Assembly: GCA_028720205.1 (NCBI GenBank) | Contig: JAQYLE010000065.1 | Location: 127-64,126 of the forward strand | DNA length: 64,000 bases | Reading direction: 5' to 3' | Source: Clostridia bacterium | GTDB lineage: Bacteria > Bacillota > Clostridia > Christensenellales > Borkfalkiaceae | Position numbers and translations under genes: made by a program | Shown here: piece after piece, positions 26,541 through 36,121 of the stretch | Layout of the letters: each line of letters opens with the position of its first letter | Position numbering within the stretch: position 1 is the first letter of the stretch | The notes under the pieces: generated by a model | Databases searched by the model: none | Seen by the model: the letters and a program-made list of their open reading frames with translations, nothing else | What the model was told of the DNA's origin: nothing

Positions 26541-27692
26541 TTATGCGCGGGAAACGCGCGAAATATACTCTTCCGCTTTCTTCCGCGATAAGGCGTCCGT
26601 TTCTTTCAGAGCCTCGTCGCCGTCTATTTTGCAACGCTTTGTGCCGTCGAGCACGTGCGATAAACAATCGGCAATCTGCAAAAACCCTATTCCGCCGCGC
26701 AAAAACGCGTGCACGGCAACTTCGCCCGCGCCGTTCAGCGCGCAGGGAAAGTTATCGCCCGCCTCTCCCGCCGCAAGCGCAACGGAAAAGCACGGAAATT
26801 TCTCCCGTTCAAGCGGCAGAAACCGCAACGCCCCAAGCCGTTCGAAATCGACGGGTTCGCAGCAGGGCAACCGCTCGGGATAGGTCAGCGCAAGTTGTAT
26901 AGGCAGTTCCATCGAAGGCACGCCGAGTTGCGCCAACACCGCGCCGTCTTCGAATTGCACCATGGAATGTACCACGCTTTCCGGGTGTACCAGCGCGTGA
27001 ATTTTATCGAACGGCGCGCCGTACAAATGGTGCGCTTCGATCACTTCGAACCCCTTGTTTAAAAGAGTGGCGCTGTCTACCGTAATTTTCGCGCCCATCT
27101 TCCAGGTGGGGTGTTTTAAGGCGTCCTCCGCCGTAACGCGGGAAAGTTCCTCGCGCGTTTTGCCGTAAAACGGACCGCCGCTGGCGGTAATGATCAGTTT
27201 TTTAAACGGCGTATCGAAAGAAAACGAAAGCGCCTGCCACAGCGCTGAATGTTCGCTGTCGACGGGGCGGATCGAAACGTTGTGCCGCCGCGCTTCGTTC
27301 ATAAAATATTCGCCGCCGCAAACCAGCGTTTCTTTATTCGCCAGCGCAATGGGCAAGCCGAGCCGCGCCGCCGCCAGAGAATACGAAAGTCCCGCAAAAC
27401 CGCTTGCGGCTATCACGGCGATATCGCACCCGTAAAGCGCACGCAGCGCTTCGCTTTCGCCGCAATAAAACGGCGCGTCTGAAGTAAGCAACACGCGCGT
27501 TTTTTCGCCTTGCGCCTTATCCGCCACGGCGGAAAAACGCGGGCGGTATCTGTTTATCAGCGCGGCAAACGCTTCGCCGCCGCGCCCCGATACGGCGGAG
27601 TACAACGTAAACCTATCCGGGTGTTTATCGATAACGGAAAGCGTCTGCCTGCCTATCGAACCCGTTGCGCCGATCAGTGCTATTTTCAACAT
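26541..27692 (-). CDS. dxr: 1-deoxy-D-xylulose 5-phosphate reductoisomerase
   Basis: LIGATGSIGRQTL NADPH site, VDSEHSA, HPTWKMG blocks. Confidence 0.95.
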   Translation of the reverse strand: MLKIALIGATGSIGRQTLSVIDKHPDRFTLYSAVSGRGGEAFAALINRYRPRFSAVADKAQGEKTRVLLTSDAPFYCGESEALRALYGCDIAVIAASGFAGLSYSLAAARLGLPIALANKETLVCGGEYFMNEARRHNVSIRPVDSEHSALWQALSFSFDTPFKKLIITASGGPFYGKTREELSRVTAEDALKHPTWKMGAKITVDSATLLNKGFEVIEAHHLYGAPFDKIHALVHPESVVHSMVQFEDGAVLAQLGVPSMELPIQLALTYPERLPCCEPVDFERLGALRFLPLEREKFPCFSVALAAGEAGDNFPCALNGAGEVAVHAFLRGGIGFLQIADCLSHVLDGTKRCKIDGDEALKETDALSRKKAEEYISRVSRA

Positions 27693-27723
27693 GCCGTATC
27701 CCCTTTTTTATCTCCGCGCCGTT

Positions 27724-28683
27724 TTACGCCGCGCACGCCGCAATTACAAACGCCGCGTACACCGCCGCCGTGGCGAACAGAGTGCCGTCGATGCGGTCCA
27801 TTACGCCGCCGTGCCCGGGCAGAAGTCTGCCCATATCTTTAATACCCGCTTTGCGCTTTACGCAACTTTCCGCAAGATCGCCGAATTCCGTAGCGGCGGC
27901 GGCGATCAACCCGATCAGAAGATACAGCGGCAGATACAGCGCCATGTTTTCAAAACTCCCCGCCGCGGCGTTGTAGACAAAATACAGAATCGCCGCACCC
28001 GCAAGTCCGCCGACCAGTCCGCCTATGCCCCCGATCACCGTTTTGTTCGGAGAAACGGCAGGCGCCAATTTTTTGGGAAATTTCTTCTTTAAAAATCTGC
28101 CGAACACGTACGCCAGAGAATCGGAAAACGGCGAAATGACAAATACGAACAAAATCGCAAGATCGGAATTGAACGCATGCGCCGCTTCGCCTGCCGCGCC
28201 GAGATGATTGGTAAGACTGAGAAGCACAAGCAGCAAAGTGGGGTAAACCGCCGCAAAAAACGCCATGCCCGTGTTTTCTATTCCCGTTTCTCCGTGGCGC
28301 GCCACCAGAAGCGACAACAGATACAGCGCAAGCAAAAGGAAAGCCGCGGCAGCCGCCTGCACGCCCTGTGCGAAATACTGCTGACACAACGCGCACGCGG
28401 GAATACACGCCGCCGCGAACGCAAACACGCCCGCCGCCTGCGCTTTGGTTACGCGAACGTCTCTGCGAGCCGCCGTTTTTTCTTCTACCGCCGCGCCCTC
28501 CGTTTTTTCGCGCAATTTCGTATTGTCGAACACGCCGAACGCGCGCAACATTTCAAACGTTCCGATCAGCGAAAACAGCCAGATCAATACGTCGAAACAC
28601 AAATCGGAAACGAATATTTTCAACAGGTAAAATATCGCAAGAACGGCTATATAACCCGCCCCCGTAACCAGCCTGACAATCAT
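27724..28683 (-). CDS. cdsA: Phosphatidate cytidylyltransferase
   Basis: Polytopic. Signature SCVKRKAGIKDMGRLLPGHGGVMDRIDG. Confidence 0.9.
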   Translation of the reverse strand: MIVRLVTGAGYIAVLAIFYLLKIFVSDLCFDVLIWLFSLIGTFEMLRAFGVFDNTKLREKTEGAAVEEKTAARRDVRVTKAQAAGVFAFAAACIPACALCQQYFAQGVQAAAAAFLLLALYLLSLLVARHGETGIENTGMAFFAAVYPTLLLVLLSLTNHLGAAGEAAHAFNSDLAILFVFVISPFSDSLAYVFGRFLKKKFPKKLAPAVSPNKTVIGGIGGLVGGLAGAAILYFVYNAAAGSFENMALYLPLYLLIGLIAAAATEFGDLAESCVKRKAGIKDMGRLLPGHGGVMDRIDGTLFATAAVYAAFVIAACAA

Positions 28684-29516
28684 TGAATTTCTCCTTTTTC
28701 TTCGGTACGTTCTTCAAAACCGCGCGCGGACGCGCCGTCCGGTTCTTTCCGCGTTTCTCCCTGCGCCCGTTCCGGCGCCTCGCACTGCTCGTCTGTTTTG
28801 CCGAAACGCCGTTTTCTGCCCGCAAAATCTCTGATTGCCGCGTCGAAATCGCGATTCGAAAAATCGGGGAAAAGTTTATCGGAAAAATACAGTTCCGCAT
28901 ACGCGCTCTGAAACAAGAGAAAGTTTGAAAGCCGCTTTTCTTTGCCCGTACGGATAATCAGATCGGGGTCGGGCAGTCCGCCCGTGTACAGCAAATCCGA
29001 AAAATCTTTTTCGCCGACAAGCCGCCCGTTCTGAACGGCGAGATTTGCCGCCCGTACGATTTCCGCGCGCGCGCCGTAACCGAGCGCCACGTTCACGCCG
29101 CGCTCCGTATACGCCGCCGATTCCTCCTGCGCTTGCCTCAACAACTTCTGCACGTCCTCGGGAAACAGCGAAATATCCCCCAAAACGCGTACGCGCGCCT
29201 CTTTTGCGGCGATTTCGCGCATACACGGCAAAAAGCGGTTGCGTATCAGATCGAACAGTCCGTCGAGTTCTTCCTTCGGCCTTGAAAAGTTCTCCGTGGA
29301 AAGGGCGTAAACGGTAACGTACGGCACGCCGATATCCAACGCGTGGCGCAACAGTCCCATCATTCTCTCCACGCCGAAGCGATGCCCCGCCGAACGGGGA
29401 AGCAGACGTTTTTTCGCCCACCTGCCGTTGCCGTCCATTATAATGCCGATATGGCGCGGCAAACACTCCGCCGCGCCCTCTGAACCGCTATGCTTATTTA
29501 TCTTATTCTTCTTCAT
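28680..29516 (-). CDS. uppS: Isoprenyl transferase (undecaprenyl diphosphate synthase)
   Basis: HIGIIMDGNGRWA, ALSTENFSRP, IRTGKEKRLSNFLLFQSAYAELYF. 4-nt overlap with cdsA. Charged ~40-aa C-terminal tail. Confidence 0.95.
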   Translation of the reverse strand: MKKNKINKHSGSEGAAECLPRHIGIIMDGNGRWAKKRLLPRSAGHRFGVERMMGLLRHALDIGVPYVTVYALSTENFSRPKEELDGLFDLIRNRFLPCMREIAAKEARVRVLGDISLFPEDVQKLLRQAQEESAAYTERGVNVALGYGARAEIVRAANLAVQNGRLVGEKDFSDLLYTGGLPDPDLIIRTGKEKRLSNFLLFQSAYAELYFSDKLFPDFSNRDFDAAIRDFAGRKRRFGKTDEQCEAPERAQGETRKEPDGASARGFEERTEEKGEIQ

Positions 29517-29550
29517 ATCGAAAATAGACCGTTTTCTTATTTTGCAAGGC

Positions 29551-30123
29551 TTATATAGACATTAAATCTTTCTCTTTCGCCGCGATGATCGAATCGAGTT
29601 TCGCCATCGCCGAAGAAACGCTCTTTTCCACTTCCGCTTCGCACCCTGCGTGGTCGTCCTCGGAAAGTTCTTTGGCTGTTTTCATTTTTTTCAAAGCGTC
29701 CATCGCGCTTCTGCGCGCGTTGCGGATTTCCACTTTGGTTTCCTCTCCCATCTTTTTAATCTGCTTTACCAGTTCTTTTCTGCGCTCTTCCGTCATCACG
29801 GGGAACACGATACGTATCACCTTGCCGTCGTTGGTGGGAGTAAGACCCAGATTAGATTGCAGAATCGCCTTTTCCACCGCTTTGAGCAACGATTTATCCC
29901 ACAGGCTGATTTGCAAACAGCGTGCGTCCAGCGCGCTTACGTTGCCCAGTTCCACGAGTTTGCTCATGCCGCCGTACGCTTCCACTTCTATTCTGTCCAG
30001 AATATGCGGATTCGCCCGCCCCGCGCGAATGGCGGAATATTCCTCTTCCAAAGCGGTCACCGCTTTATCCGCGGCATCTTCCAGTTCCAGCATCAATTCT
30101 TCTACTTTTTCGTTTTCAATCAT
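29551..30123 (-). CDS. frr: Ribosome recycling factor
   Basis: 190 aa. IRAGRANPHILDRI and RNARRSAMDALKK blocks. Confidence 0.95.
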   Translation of the reverse strand: MIENEKVEELMLELEDAADKAVTALEEEYSAIRAGRANPHILDRIEVEAYGGMSKLVELGNVSALDARCLQISLWDKSLLKAVEKAILQSNLGLTPTNDGKVIRIVFPVMTEERRKELVKQIKKMGEETKVEIRNARRSAMDALKKMKTAKELSEDDHAGCEAEVEKSVSSAMAKLDSIIAAKEKDLMSI

Positions 30124-30186
30124 ATATGTTCGCCTCCTCTATAATTTTGATATTCTGCGTAACGTATCTTTCGTTGTATTCTCCTC

Positions 30187-30897
30187 TCAGTCCACCGAAA
30201 TCATCGTGCCGAGTTTTTCGCCGCACACGGCGCGGAGAATGGAATCTTTTTCGTTAAGTCCGAACGCCAGCGTAGGCACGCCGTTTTCCATACACATCGT
30301 GGCGGCGGTGAAATCGATGACCTTCAACCCCTGATTCACGATGTCTCCGTAGGTGAGTTTGTCGTACTTCTTCGCATTCGGGTTCTGTTTGGGATCGGAA
30401 TCGTAAATACCGTCTACGTTTTTCGCCATCAGCAATATGTCTGCCGAAATTTCGCACGCCCGAAGCGCCGCCGCCGTATCGGTGGAACAGTACGGATTTC
30501 CCGTGCCGCACGCGAAAATCACCACGCGCCCCTGTTCGAAATGCCTCAACGCCTTGCGCAGAATAAACGGCTCGGCAATGGACACCATGTTCAACGCCGT
30601 CTGCACGCGCACGGGAACGCCGCGCCGTTCGATGGCGTCCATCATGGCAAGCGAATTCATCACGGTGGAAAGCATGCCCATCTGATCGGCAGTCGTTCTC
30701 TCCATCTTTGTGCCCTGTCTGCCGCGCCAGAAATTCCCCCCGCCGATGACGAGACCGATTTCCACGCCCATGTCGTGCACTTTCACTATTTCGTCCACTA
30801 CGCCCGCTATCACTTCCTGATTCAGCCCGAAGCCCTGCTCGCCCGCAAGCGCCTCGCCCGAAAGTTTCAGTAAAATTCTCTTGTATTTAGGTTGCAT
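30187..30897 (-). CDS. pyrH: UMP kinase
   Basis: [39 protein letters not shown]. Confidence 0.95.
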   Translation of the reverse strand: MQPKYKRILLKLSGEALAGEQGFGLNQEVIAGVVDEIVKVHDMGVEIGLVIGGGNFWRGRQGTKMERTTADQMGMLSTVMNSLAMMDAIERRGVPVRVQTALNMVSIAEPFILRKALRHFEQGRVVIFACGTGNPYCSTDTAAALRACEISADILLMAKNVDGIYDSDPKQNPNAKKYDKLTYGDIVNQGLKVIDFTAATMCMENGVPTLAFGLNEKDSILRAVCGEKLGTMISVD

Positions 30898-30932
30898 AAT
30901 TCCCTCCGTGTAAATTTGGTTCGAAAAAGTAT

Positions 30933-30965
30933 TGCGCCGCCTGTACGATAAGCATCGCGTCGCCG
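30933..30965. repeat. Copy A of a 33-nt repeat (31/33 identical to the queA 3' end)
   Basis: TGCGCCGCCTGTACGATAAGCATCGCGTCGCCG versus 31088-31120. In the queA frame it would read GDAMLIV with CAG in place of the TAG stop. Confidence 0.9.
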
Positions 30966-31087
30966 GATTTTACGTGAAACGTGATTGCTTATCGAAGAGG
31001 CAAGCAGGTCGCGAAGCGCGCGGCTTTGCCGCAGGGAGCGCACATGGGCGTACGCGACCAAGACACAACGCAAGCGCGACAAAGAGA

Positions 31088-31120
31088 TGCGCCGCCTATA
31101 CGATAAGCATAGCGTCGCCG
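31088..31120. repeat. Copy B of the 33-nt repeat (the real queA terminal codons plus stop)
   Basis: TGCGCCGCCTATACGATAAGCATAGCGTCGCCG encodes ...GDAMLIV* on the minus strand. Confidence 0.9.
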
Positions 31121-32160
31121 AAAGAAAAGAACCGGTATTTCTTTTCCACCGCGTACCTATACGTTTTCAATATCTCCTCGCGCCCCGTCAGGCACGCTAC
31201 AAGCATAATCAGAGTGCTTTCGGGCAGGTGAAAGTTGGTGATCAGTCCGTCGACGCACTTCATTTTATAGGGCGGATACAGAAAAATCTGCGTTTCGCCG
31301 CGCGCTTCTTTCACAAAACCGTTTCCGTCGGCAACGGTTTCCAGCGTACGGACGGAAGTGGTCCCCACGGCAATCACCCGCCGCCCCTCTTTTTTCGCGC
31401 GGTTAATCGTTTCCGCCGCCTCTTTCCCTATCTCGTAATATTCGGAATGCATTTTATGATCGGTAATTACCTCTTCGGTAACGGGGCGAAACGTGCCCAG
31501 CCCCACGTGCAGCAGCACTTCGGCGATTTCCACGCCCATATCCCGTATCTTCTGCAGCAATTCTTTGGTAAAGTGCAAACCCGCGGTAGGCGCGGCGGCA
31601 GAGCCGTCCACCCTGCTGTAAACGGTATTATACCGTGTTTTATCGGCAAGTTTTTCGTGAATGTACGGCGGCAGCGGCATGAGTCCCACGCGGCTTAAAA
31701 CGTCCTCGAAAACGCCCTCGTAGCAAAATTCCACAATGCGCTCGCCCGTGGGCGTAACGCCCGTTACGGTGAAGGAAAGTTCTTCGGAAACTTTCATGCA
31801 AACGCCGATTTTTCCCTTTTTTCCGGGGCGCATCAACACTTCCCACGTCTGCGTATTCAGCCGTTTTAAAAGAAGTATCTCCACCTTTCCGCCGTTTTTC
31901 GTTTCGGCGTACATACGTGCGGGAATCACTTTGGTATCGTTCAGCACCAGCACGTCGCCGGGGCGCAGATATTCGGGCAAATCGCGAAACGCTCTGTCCG
32001 TTATCGTTTTATCTTTCAGCGAATACACCAGAAGTCGCGAAGAATCGCGCGGCTCGGCAGGCGTCTGCGCGATGAGTTCTTCGGGCAGATCGTAATAAAA
32101 ATCGCTCTTTTTGTATTCGGTTTTCCGCTCGCCGCTTATAGCGTTCTCGTCCGTATTCAT
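31096..32160 (-). CDS. queA: S-adenosylmethionine:tRNA ribosyltransferase-isomerase
   Basis: FYYDLPEELIAQTPAEPRDSSRLLV, AAPTAGLHFT, VGTTSVRTLE, FFSFGDAMLI. Confidence 0.95.
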   Translation of the reverse strand: MNTDENAISGERKTEYKKSDFYYDLPEELIAQTPAEPRDSSRLLVYSLKDKTITDRAFRDLPEYLRPGDVLVLNDTKVIPARMYAETKNGGKVEILLLKRLNTQTWEVLMRPGKKGKIGVCMKVSEELSFTVTGVTPTGERIVEFCYEGVFEDVLSRVGLMPLPPYIHEKLADKTRYNTVYSRVDGSAAAPTAGLHFTKELLQKIRDMGVEIAEVLLHVGLGTFRPVTEEVITDHKMHSEYYEIGKEAAETINRAKKEGRRVIAVGTTSVRTLETVADGNGFVKEARGETQIFLYPPYKMKCVDGLITNFHLPESTLIMLVACLTGREEILKTYRYAVEKKYRFFSFGDAMLIV

Positions 32161-32172
32161 TTTGCTCCTTGC

Positions 32173-33234
32173 CTATCTGTCGTAATACTCCGCGTCGTCG
32201 AAAAAAGAAAGTTGCGGCTTTTTATTTTCAATCGTTCTGCCCAGGTGCTCGTACGCCGCTTTTAAACATACTCTGCCGCGCGGCGTGCGCGCGATAAATC
32301 CCAGTTGCAACAAATACGGTTCGTATACGTCCTCTATCGTGCCCGCGTCCTCGCCCGTGGTGGCGGCTATGGTATCCAGCCCCGCGGGACCGCCGCCGAA
32401 TTTATCCATCAGCGCCAGCAGAATGCGCCTGTCCGTTTCGTCCAGCCCGAGTTCGTCGATTTCCAGCCGTTTAAGCGCAAATTTCGCGTCGGAAAGCGTA
32501 ACCGAAGAATTGCCCTGCACCAGCGAAAAATCGCGCACGCGTTTTAACAGGCGATTGGCGATACGCGGCGTGCCGCGCGAACGCCGCGCTATCTCGTCGG
32601 CCGCGTCTTCGTCTACGGAAATTTCCAGCGCCCGCGCCGAATTTTTAATGATGGTTTTCAACTCCGCCGGCGTATACATTTCCAGACGGTTGATGATGCC
32701 GAATCTGTCGCGCAGGGGCGAAGCCAGCATGCCCGCTTTGGTTGTGGCGCCGATTAAGGTGAATTTTTTTAACGGAAAACGGATATTCCGCGCCGAAGGA
32801 CCTTTCCCCACAATGATATCCAGCGCAAAATCTTCCATGGCGGAATACAGCGTTTCTTCCACGCTGCGGCTTAAACGGTGAATCTCGTCGATAAACAGCA
32901 CGTCGCCCTCGTTGAGGTTGGTAAGGATCGCGGCAAGATCGCCCGAACGTTCTATCGCGGGGCCGCTGGTCATCTTAATCGCCACGCCCATTTCCGCGGC
33001 GATGATATGCGCCAGCGTGGTTTTGCCTAAGCCCGGCGGACCGTAAAGCAATACGTGATCGAGGGCGTCGCCCCGCCGCCTGGCGGCGGAAATGTACACG
33101 GAAAGGTTTTCTTTCACCTTCTCCTGCCCCACGTACCCTTCCATCGTCTTGGGCCGCAGAACGTTTTCCTCCCCGTCGTATTCCGTTTTGGTGGAAACGA
33201 TTAAGTTTTCGTCGAATTCCTCTTCTTCGTACAT
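32173..33234 (-). CDS. ruvB: Holliday junction branch migration helicase RuvB
   Basis: Walker [10 protein letters not shown], Walker B LFIDEIHR, sensor RTPRGR. Confidence 0.95.
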   Translation of the reverse strand: MYEEEEFDENLIVSTKTEYDGEENVLRPKTMEGYVGQEKVKENLSVYISAARRRGDALDHVLLYGPPGLGKTTLAHIIAAEMGVAIKMTSGPAIERSGDLAAILTNLNEGDVLFIDEIHRLSRSVEETLYSAMEDFALDIIVGKGPSARNIRFPLKKFTLIGATTKAGMLASPLRDRFGIINRLEMYTPAELKTIIKNSARALEISVDEDAADEIARRSRGTPRIANRLLKRVRDFSLVQGNSSVTLSDAKFALKRLEIDELGLDETDRRILLALMDKFGGGPAGLDTIAATTGEDAGTIEDVYEPYLLQLGFIARTPRGRVCLKAAYEHLGRTIENKKPQLSFFDDAEYYDR

Positions 33235-33287
33235 ATCTTCCTCTCAGGTCGACTAAGGTATTTTTACGTCGGCCGCCGCTTTGCGTT

Positions 33288-33899
33288 TTATCCTTGCAGG
33301 GCGCGGCGGATAATCTCTTCCAGTTCTTTCGCGCCGCTTTGTTTCGCGCGCTCTACGGCGCGAACGCTTTCGCTGCGCGTAAAACCGAGGTTCTGCAACG
33401 CGGACACGGCGTCCTCGTCGGCGGCGGACAAGCCGTCCGCCGCGAAAGACGGCAAAGAAAAATCCCCCGAAAATTCGCCGCTCGCGCTCATCACTTCCGC
33501 CGCGGAAATTTTTCCGTGCAATTCCAATACGATTTTTTCCGCCGTTTTTTTGCCCAGGCCTTTCACCGCGGAAAGTTTCTTCACGTCCGCCGTTAAAATT
33601 GCGGTTGCCGCCTCGTCCGCGCTCATTGCGGAAAGCACGGCGATTCCGCTTTTCGGCCCTACGCCCGAAACGGAAGTGAGTTTTAAAAACAGTTCCTTTT
33701 CTTTTGCGGAAGAAAAGCCGTAAAGCGTAGCGCCGTCCTCTTTTAACTGCAACGACGTATACACTTCCAGTTCTCCGCCGCGGCGCGCCAGGGAAAACAC
33801 CCGTGCGGAACAGTACATTTCATACCCCATGCCGTTTACTTCCAATATCAACGTTTCCCCCGCGATATCCAGCACTCTGCCCCGTAAATAAGCAATCAT
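33288..33899 (-). CDS. ruvA: Holliday junction DNA helicase RuvA
   Basis: MIAYLRGRV..., HhH motifs (VSGVGPKSG, VKGLGKKTAEKI) and a C-terminal domain III. Confidence 0.93.
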   Translation of the reverse strand: MIAYLRGRVLDIAGETLILEVNGMGYEMYCSARVFSLARRGGELEVYTSLQLKEDGATLYGFSSAKEKELFLKLTSVSGVGPKSGIAVLSAMSADEAATAILTADVKKLSAVKGLGKKTAEKIVLELHGKISAAEVMSASGEFSGDFSLPSFAADGLSAADEDAVSALQNLGFTRSESVRAVERAKQSGAKELEEIIRRALQG

Positions 33900-34534
33900 T
33901 TTCCGCTCCTTTTATCTTCCGTTTCCGCAGCGAAGTACGTTCCGCTGTCTGACTCTTCGTTCGCCCGCGCGCGATTTTTTATGGTAGAACGGAAATAACT
34001 GCCCGTAACGGCGTTCTTTCCCGCGCCGCGCGTGGAATTTCCCACGGCAAACATTTCGCCGAAGCGGTTGGTGAAGCCGTGACAGAGCGCCACTGCCAAT
34101 GCGTCCGCGGCGTCGTCGGGGCGGGGCACGCTTTTTAAACGGAGCAATGCCGTCACCACTTCCTGCATCTGTTTTTTATCCGCCTTGCCGTATCCCGTCA
34201 CCGCCTGTTTGATCTGCATGGGCGTGTATTCGTACAGCGCGGAGCATTTTTTCACGCACGCAAGCAGCGTAACGCCGCGCGCCTGCGCCACGGCGATACC
34301 CGTGGTGATATTCTTGGTAAAAAACAGTTCTTCAAACGCGATTTCGTCCGGACGATATTTGTCGATGACGGCGTTTACGCCCCGTTCCAGCGCGGCAAGA
34401 CGCACGGGCAACGTTTCGTTCTTCGAAGTGGTAACCACGCCGTAATCGAGCGCGGAAAATATGCCGCGTTCGTCTTTTTTCACCACGCCGAATCCCATGG
34501 TGGCAAGTCCCGGGTCGATACCGAGTATAATCAT
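33896..34534 (-). CDS. ruvC: Crossover junction endodeoxyribonuclease RuvC
   Basis: Start at ATG 34534 (MIILGIDPG). DAADALAVALCH motif. A ~45-aa non-conserved C-terminal tail overlaps the ruvA start by 4 nt. Confidence 0.9.
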   Translation of the reverse strand: MIILGIDPGLATMGFGVVKKDERGIFSALDYGVVTTSKNETLPVRLAALERGVNAVIDKYRPDEIAFEELFFTKNITTGIAVAQARGVTLLACVKKCSALYEYTPMQIKQAVTGYGKADKKQMQEVVTALLRLKSVPRPDDAADALAVALCHGFTNRFGEMFAVGNSTRGAGKNAVTGSYFRSTIKNRARANEESDSGTYFAAETEDKRSGK

Positions 34535-34693
34535 TTGCCGCACCTCGTAAAAAATCGCCAAAACCGCGCCGAACCTCTCGTTTAATTATACCGCAAGGCA
34601 CGCGGCTTGTCAAGTGCTTGTTTCGCGCGAGCGGAAAAAAACTTACCGCGCGGCGTTTTTTCTTATCCTTCCTTGCGTTTTCGCCAAAAAGCG

Positions 34694-34731
34694 CAAAAAA
34701 ACGGAGCGTACGCATCCTTTCGCACTCCGTT
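34694..34731 (-). terminator. Intrinsic terminator after the SGNH hydrolase gene
   Basis: AACGGAG...CTCCGTT stem (34700-34706 / 34725-34731) followed on the minus strand by TTTTTT. Confidence 0.6.
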
Positions 34732-34758
34732 TAACGTTTATCGGATTATTTCACAAAA

Positions 34759-35409
34759 TTACAGCGCCAGAAGAAAGTCGCGCAGTTTGTCCGCGATTTT
34801 CGCCGCGCCCGCGTCCGAAGGGTGCAAGCCGTCCGGCATGTACGTGGTTCTTATAATCTCCACCGCAGGCTGGAATCCGCTCATCTTATACAAATCCAGC
34901 ACGGGCAAGGCGTAGTATTCCGCCACTTCGCGAATCGCTTCCACGTACTTTTTCAAAGGCGCGCAGGGCAAGCCGATTTCGTTCACCGTGGCGTTTTCGC
35001 TTAAACGGTGCAACGGCGTAAGCACCACGACGTCCGCATGCGGGTATTTTTCGATGAGTTTTTTATACAATACGTGCAAAGCGCCGTAAAACGTGTATTC
35101 CGTGCCGTCGGAAAACTGCCCCAAAGGCGCGTCGCCGTGCCCGAAATCGTTTGTGCCGCCGAACACTACCACCACGTCCGCGCAGGGGTCCATCGAATCC
35201 ACGCGGGAGATGAAATCCTCGTCGAACAAGGGATTTGCCGAGGGCTTTTTCTGCCGCGCGATGCGCGTGCCGCTCACGCCGTAATTCAACGAAACGCCGC
35301 CCGTAAGCCGCGCGAACACGTCGGTAAAGCGATTTTCTATCGCGCTCGCCCCCACGCCTTCCGTGATGCTGTCGCCTAAAAACGCCACCGTCTTTCCCGC
35401 TATATCCAT
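34759..35409 (-). CDS. SGNH/GDSL-family hydrolase
   Basis: 216 aa. Block I FLGDSITEG, block III GGTNDF, block V DGLHPS. Confidence 0.85.
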   Translation of the reverse strand: MDIAGKTVAFLGDSITEGVGASAIENRFTDVFARLTGGVSLNYGVSGTRIARQKKPSANPLFDEDFISRVDSMDPCADVVVVFGGTNDFGHGDAPLGQFSDGTEYTFYGALHVLYKKLIEKYPHADVVVLTPLHRLSENATVNEIGLPCAPLKKYVEAIREVAEYYALPVLDLYKMSGFQPAVEIIRTTYMPDGLHPSDAGAAKIADKLRDFLLAL

Positions 35410-35577
35410 ATCAATCGCCTCCCCGCCGCGCCGCCGCGGCGAACCCGCCCCGGCACGCTTTATTTTTTACCCGTTACAGTGTACCATATCGCTCCGCGTT
35501 TGTCAAGAAAATCAACTGAGATTCGTCAAACGTAAAAAAAGTTTGTAAATACGGTAAAAAAGTTGGCGCTATCCACC

Positions 35578-35605
35578 TTGACAAAGCCGAAAAACGTGCT
35601 ATACT
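35578..35605 (+). promoter_or_regulatory. SigA-type promoter
   Basis: TTGACA (35578-35583), 16-nt spacer, TGcTATACT (35597-35605). Confidence 0.5.
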
Positions 35606-35769
35606 GTTCCTGCGACGGGTAGGAAAAGCGCAAAGCGACGGCAAACGGCAAACAAGCGGACGGGGCTTTTTAACGTTATTCGCGCGCTTTCGCGCAAAGT
35701 TTTGCATAAACGGCAAACGGCGACGTTTTCCGTTGGACGTTTCTCAGGTATAAGGAGGTAAAATCGGCC

Positions 35770-35988
35770 ATGAAACTGCAATACTTTTTCAACTATCTGT
35801 CTTACGGCGCGCTCGCCGCGGTTTTTTCGCTGCTGCAAAAGATTTTCGCCGCTTTGAGCAAGAAATGTTCCGCCCTGATGTCGGACGCGGGAGATCTGCT
35901 GGAAAAAGCGCGACAAAAAATCGAAACGCTGAAAGAAAAAAAACGGGCGGCGTTGTCTTACGTTCTGCCCCGCGTTCTTTCAAAGTAA
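35770..35988 (+). CDS. Small hypothetical protein (72 aa; N-terminal hydrophobic helix, C-terminal charged helix)
   Basis: Strong SD AAGGAGG about 10 nt before the ATG, its own promoter about 165 nt upstream, and plausible composition. No family recognised. Confidence 0.45.
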   Translation: MKLQYFFNYLSYGALAAVFSLLQKIFAALSKKCSALMSDAGDLLEKARQKIETLKEKKRAALSYVLPRVLSK

Positions 35989-36121
35989 TCCGAAATAACG
36001 CGTGAAACGGGCGCTTTGCCGATAAGAAGGCGTTTTTGTGAAAAATTAGTTTTCGCAAAAGCGCTTTTCTTGTCTTTTGTCTTTCTCTTTTTCAAGTTAT
36101 TCCGCAACGTTTTAAAAAGCA

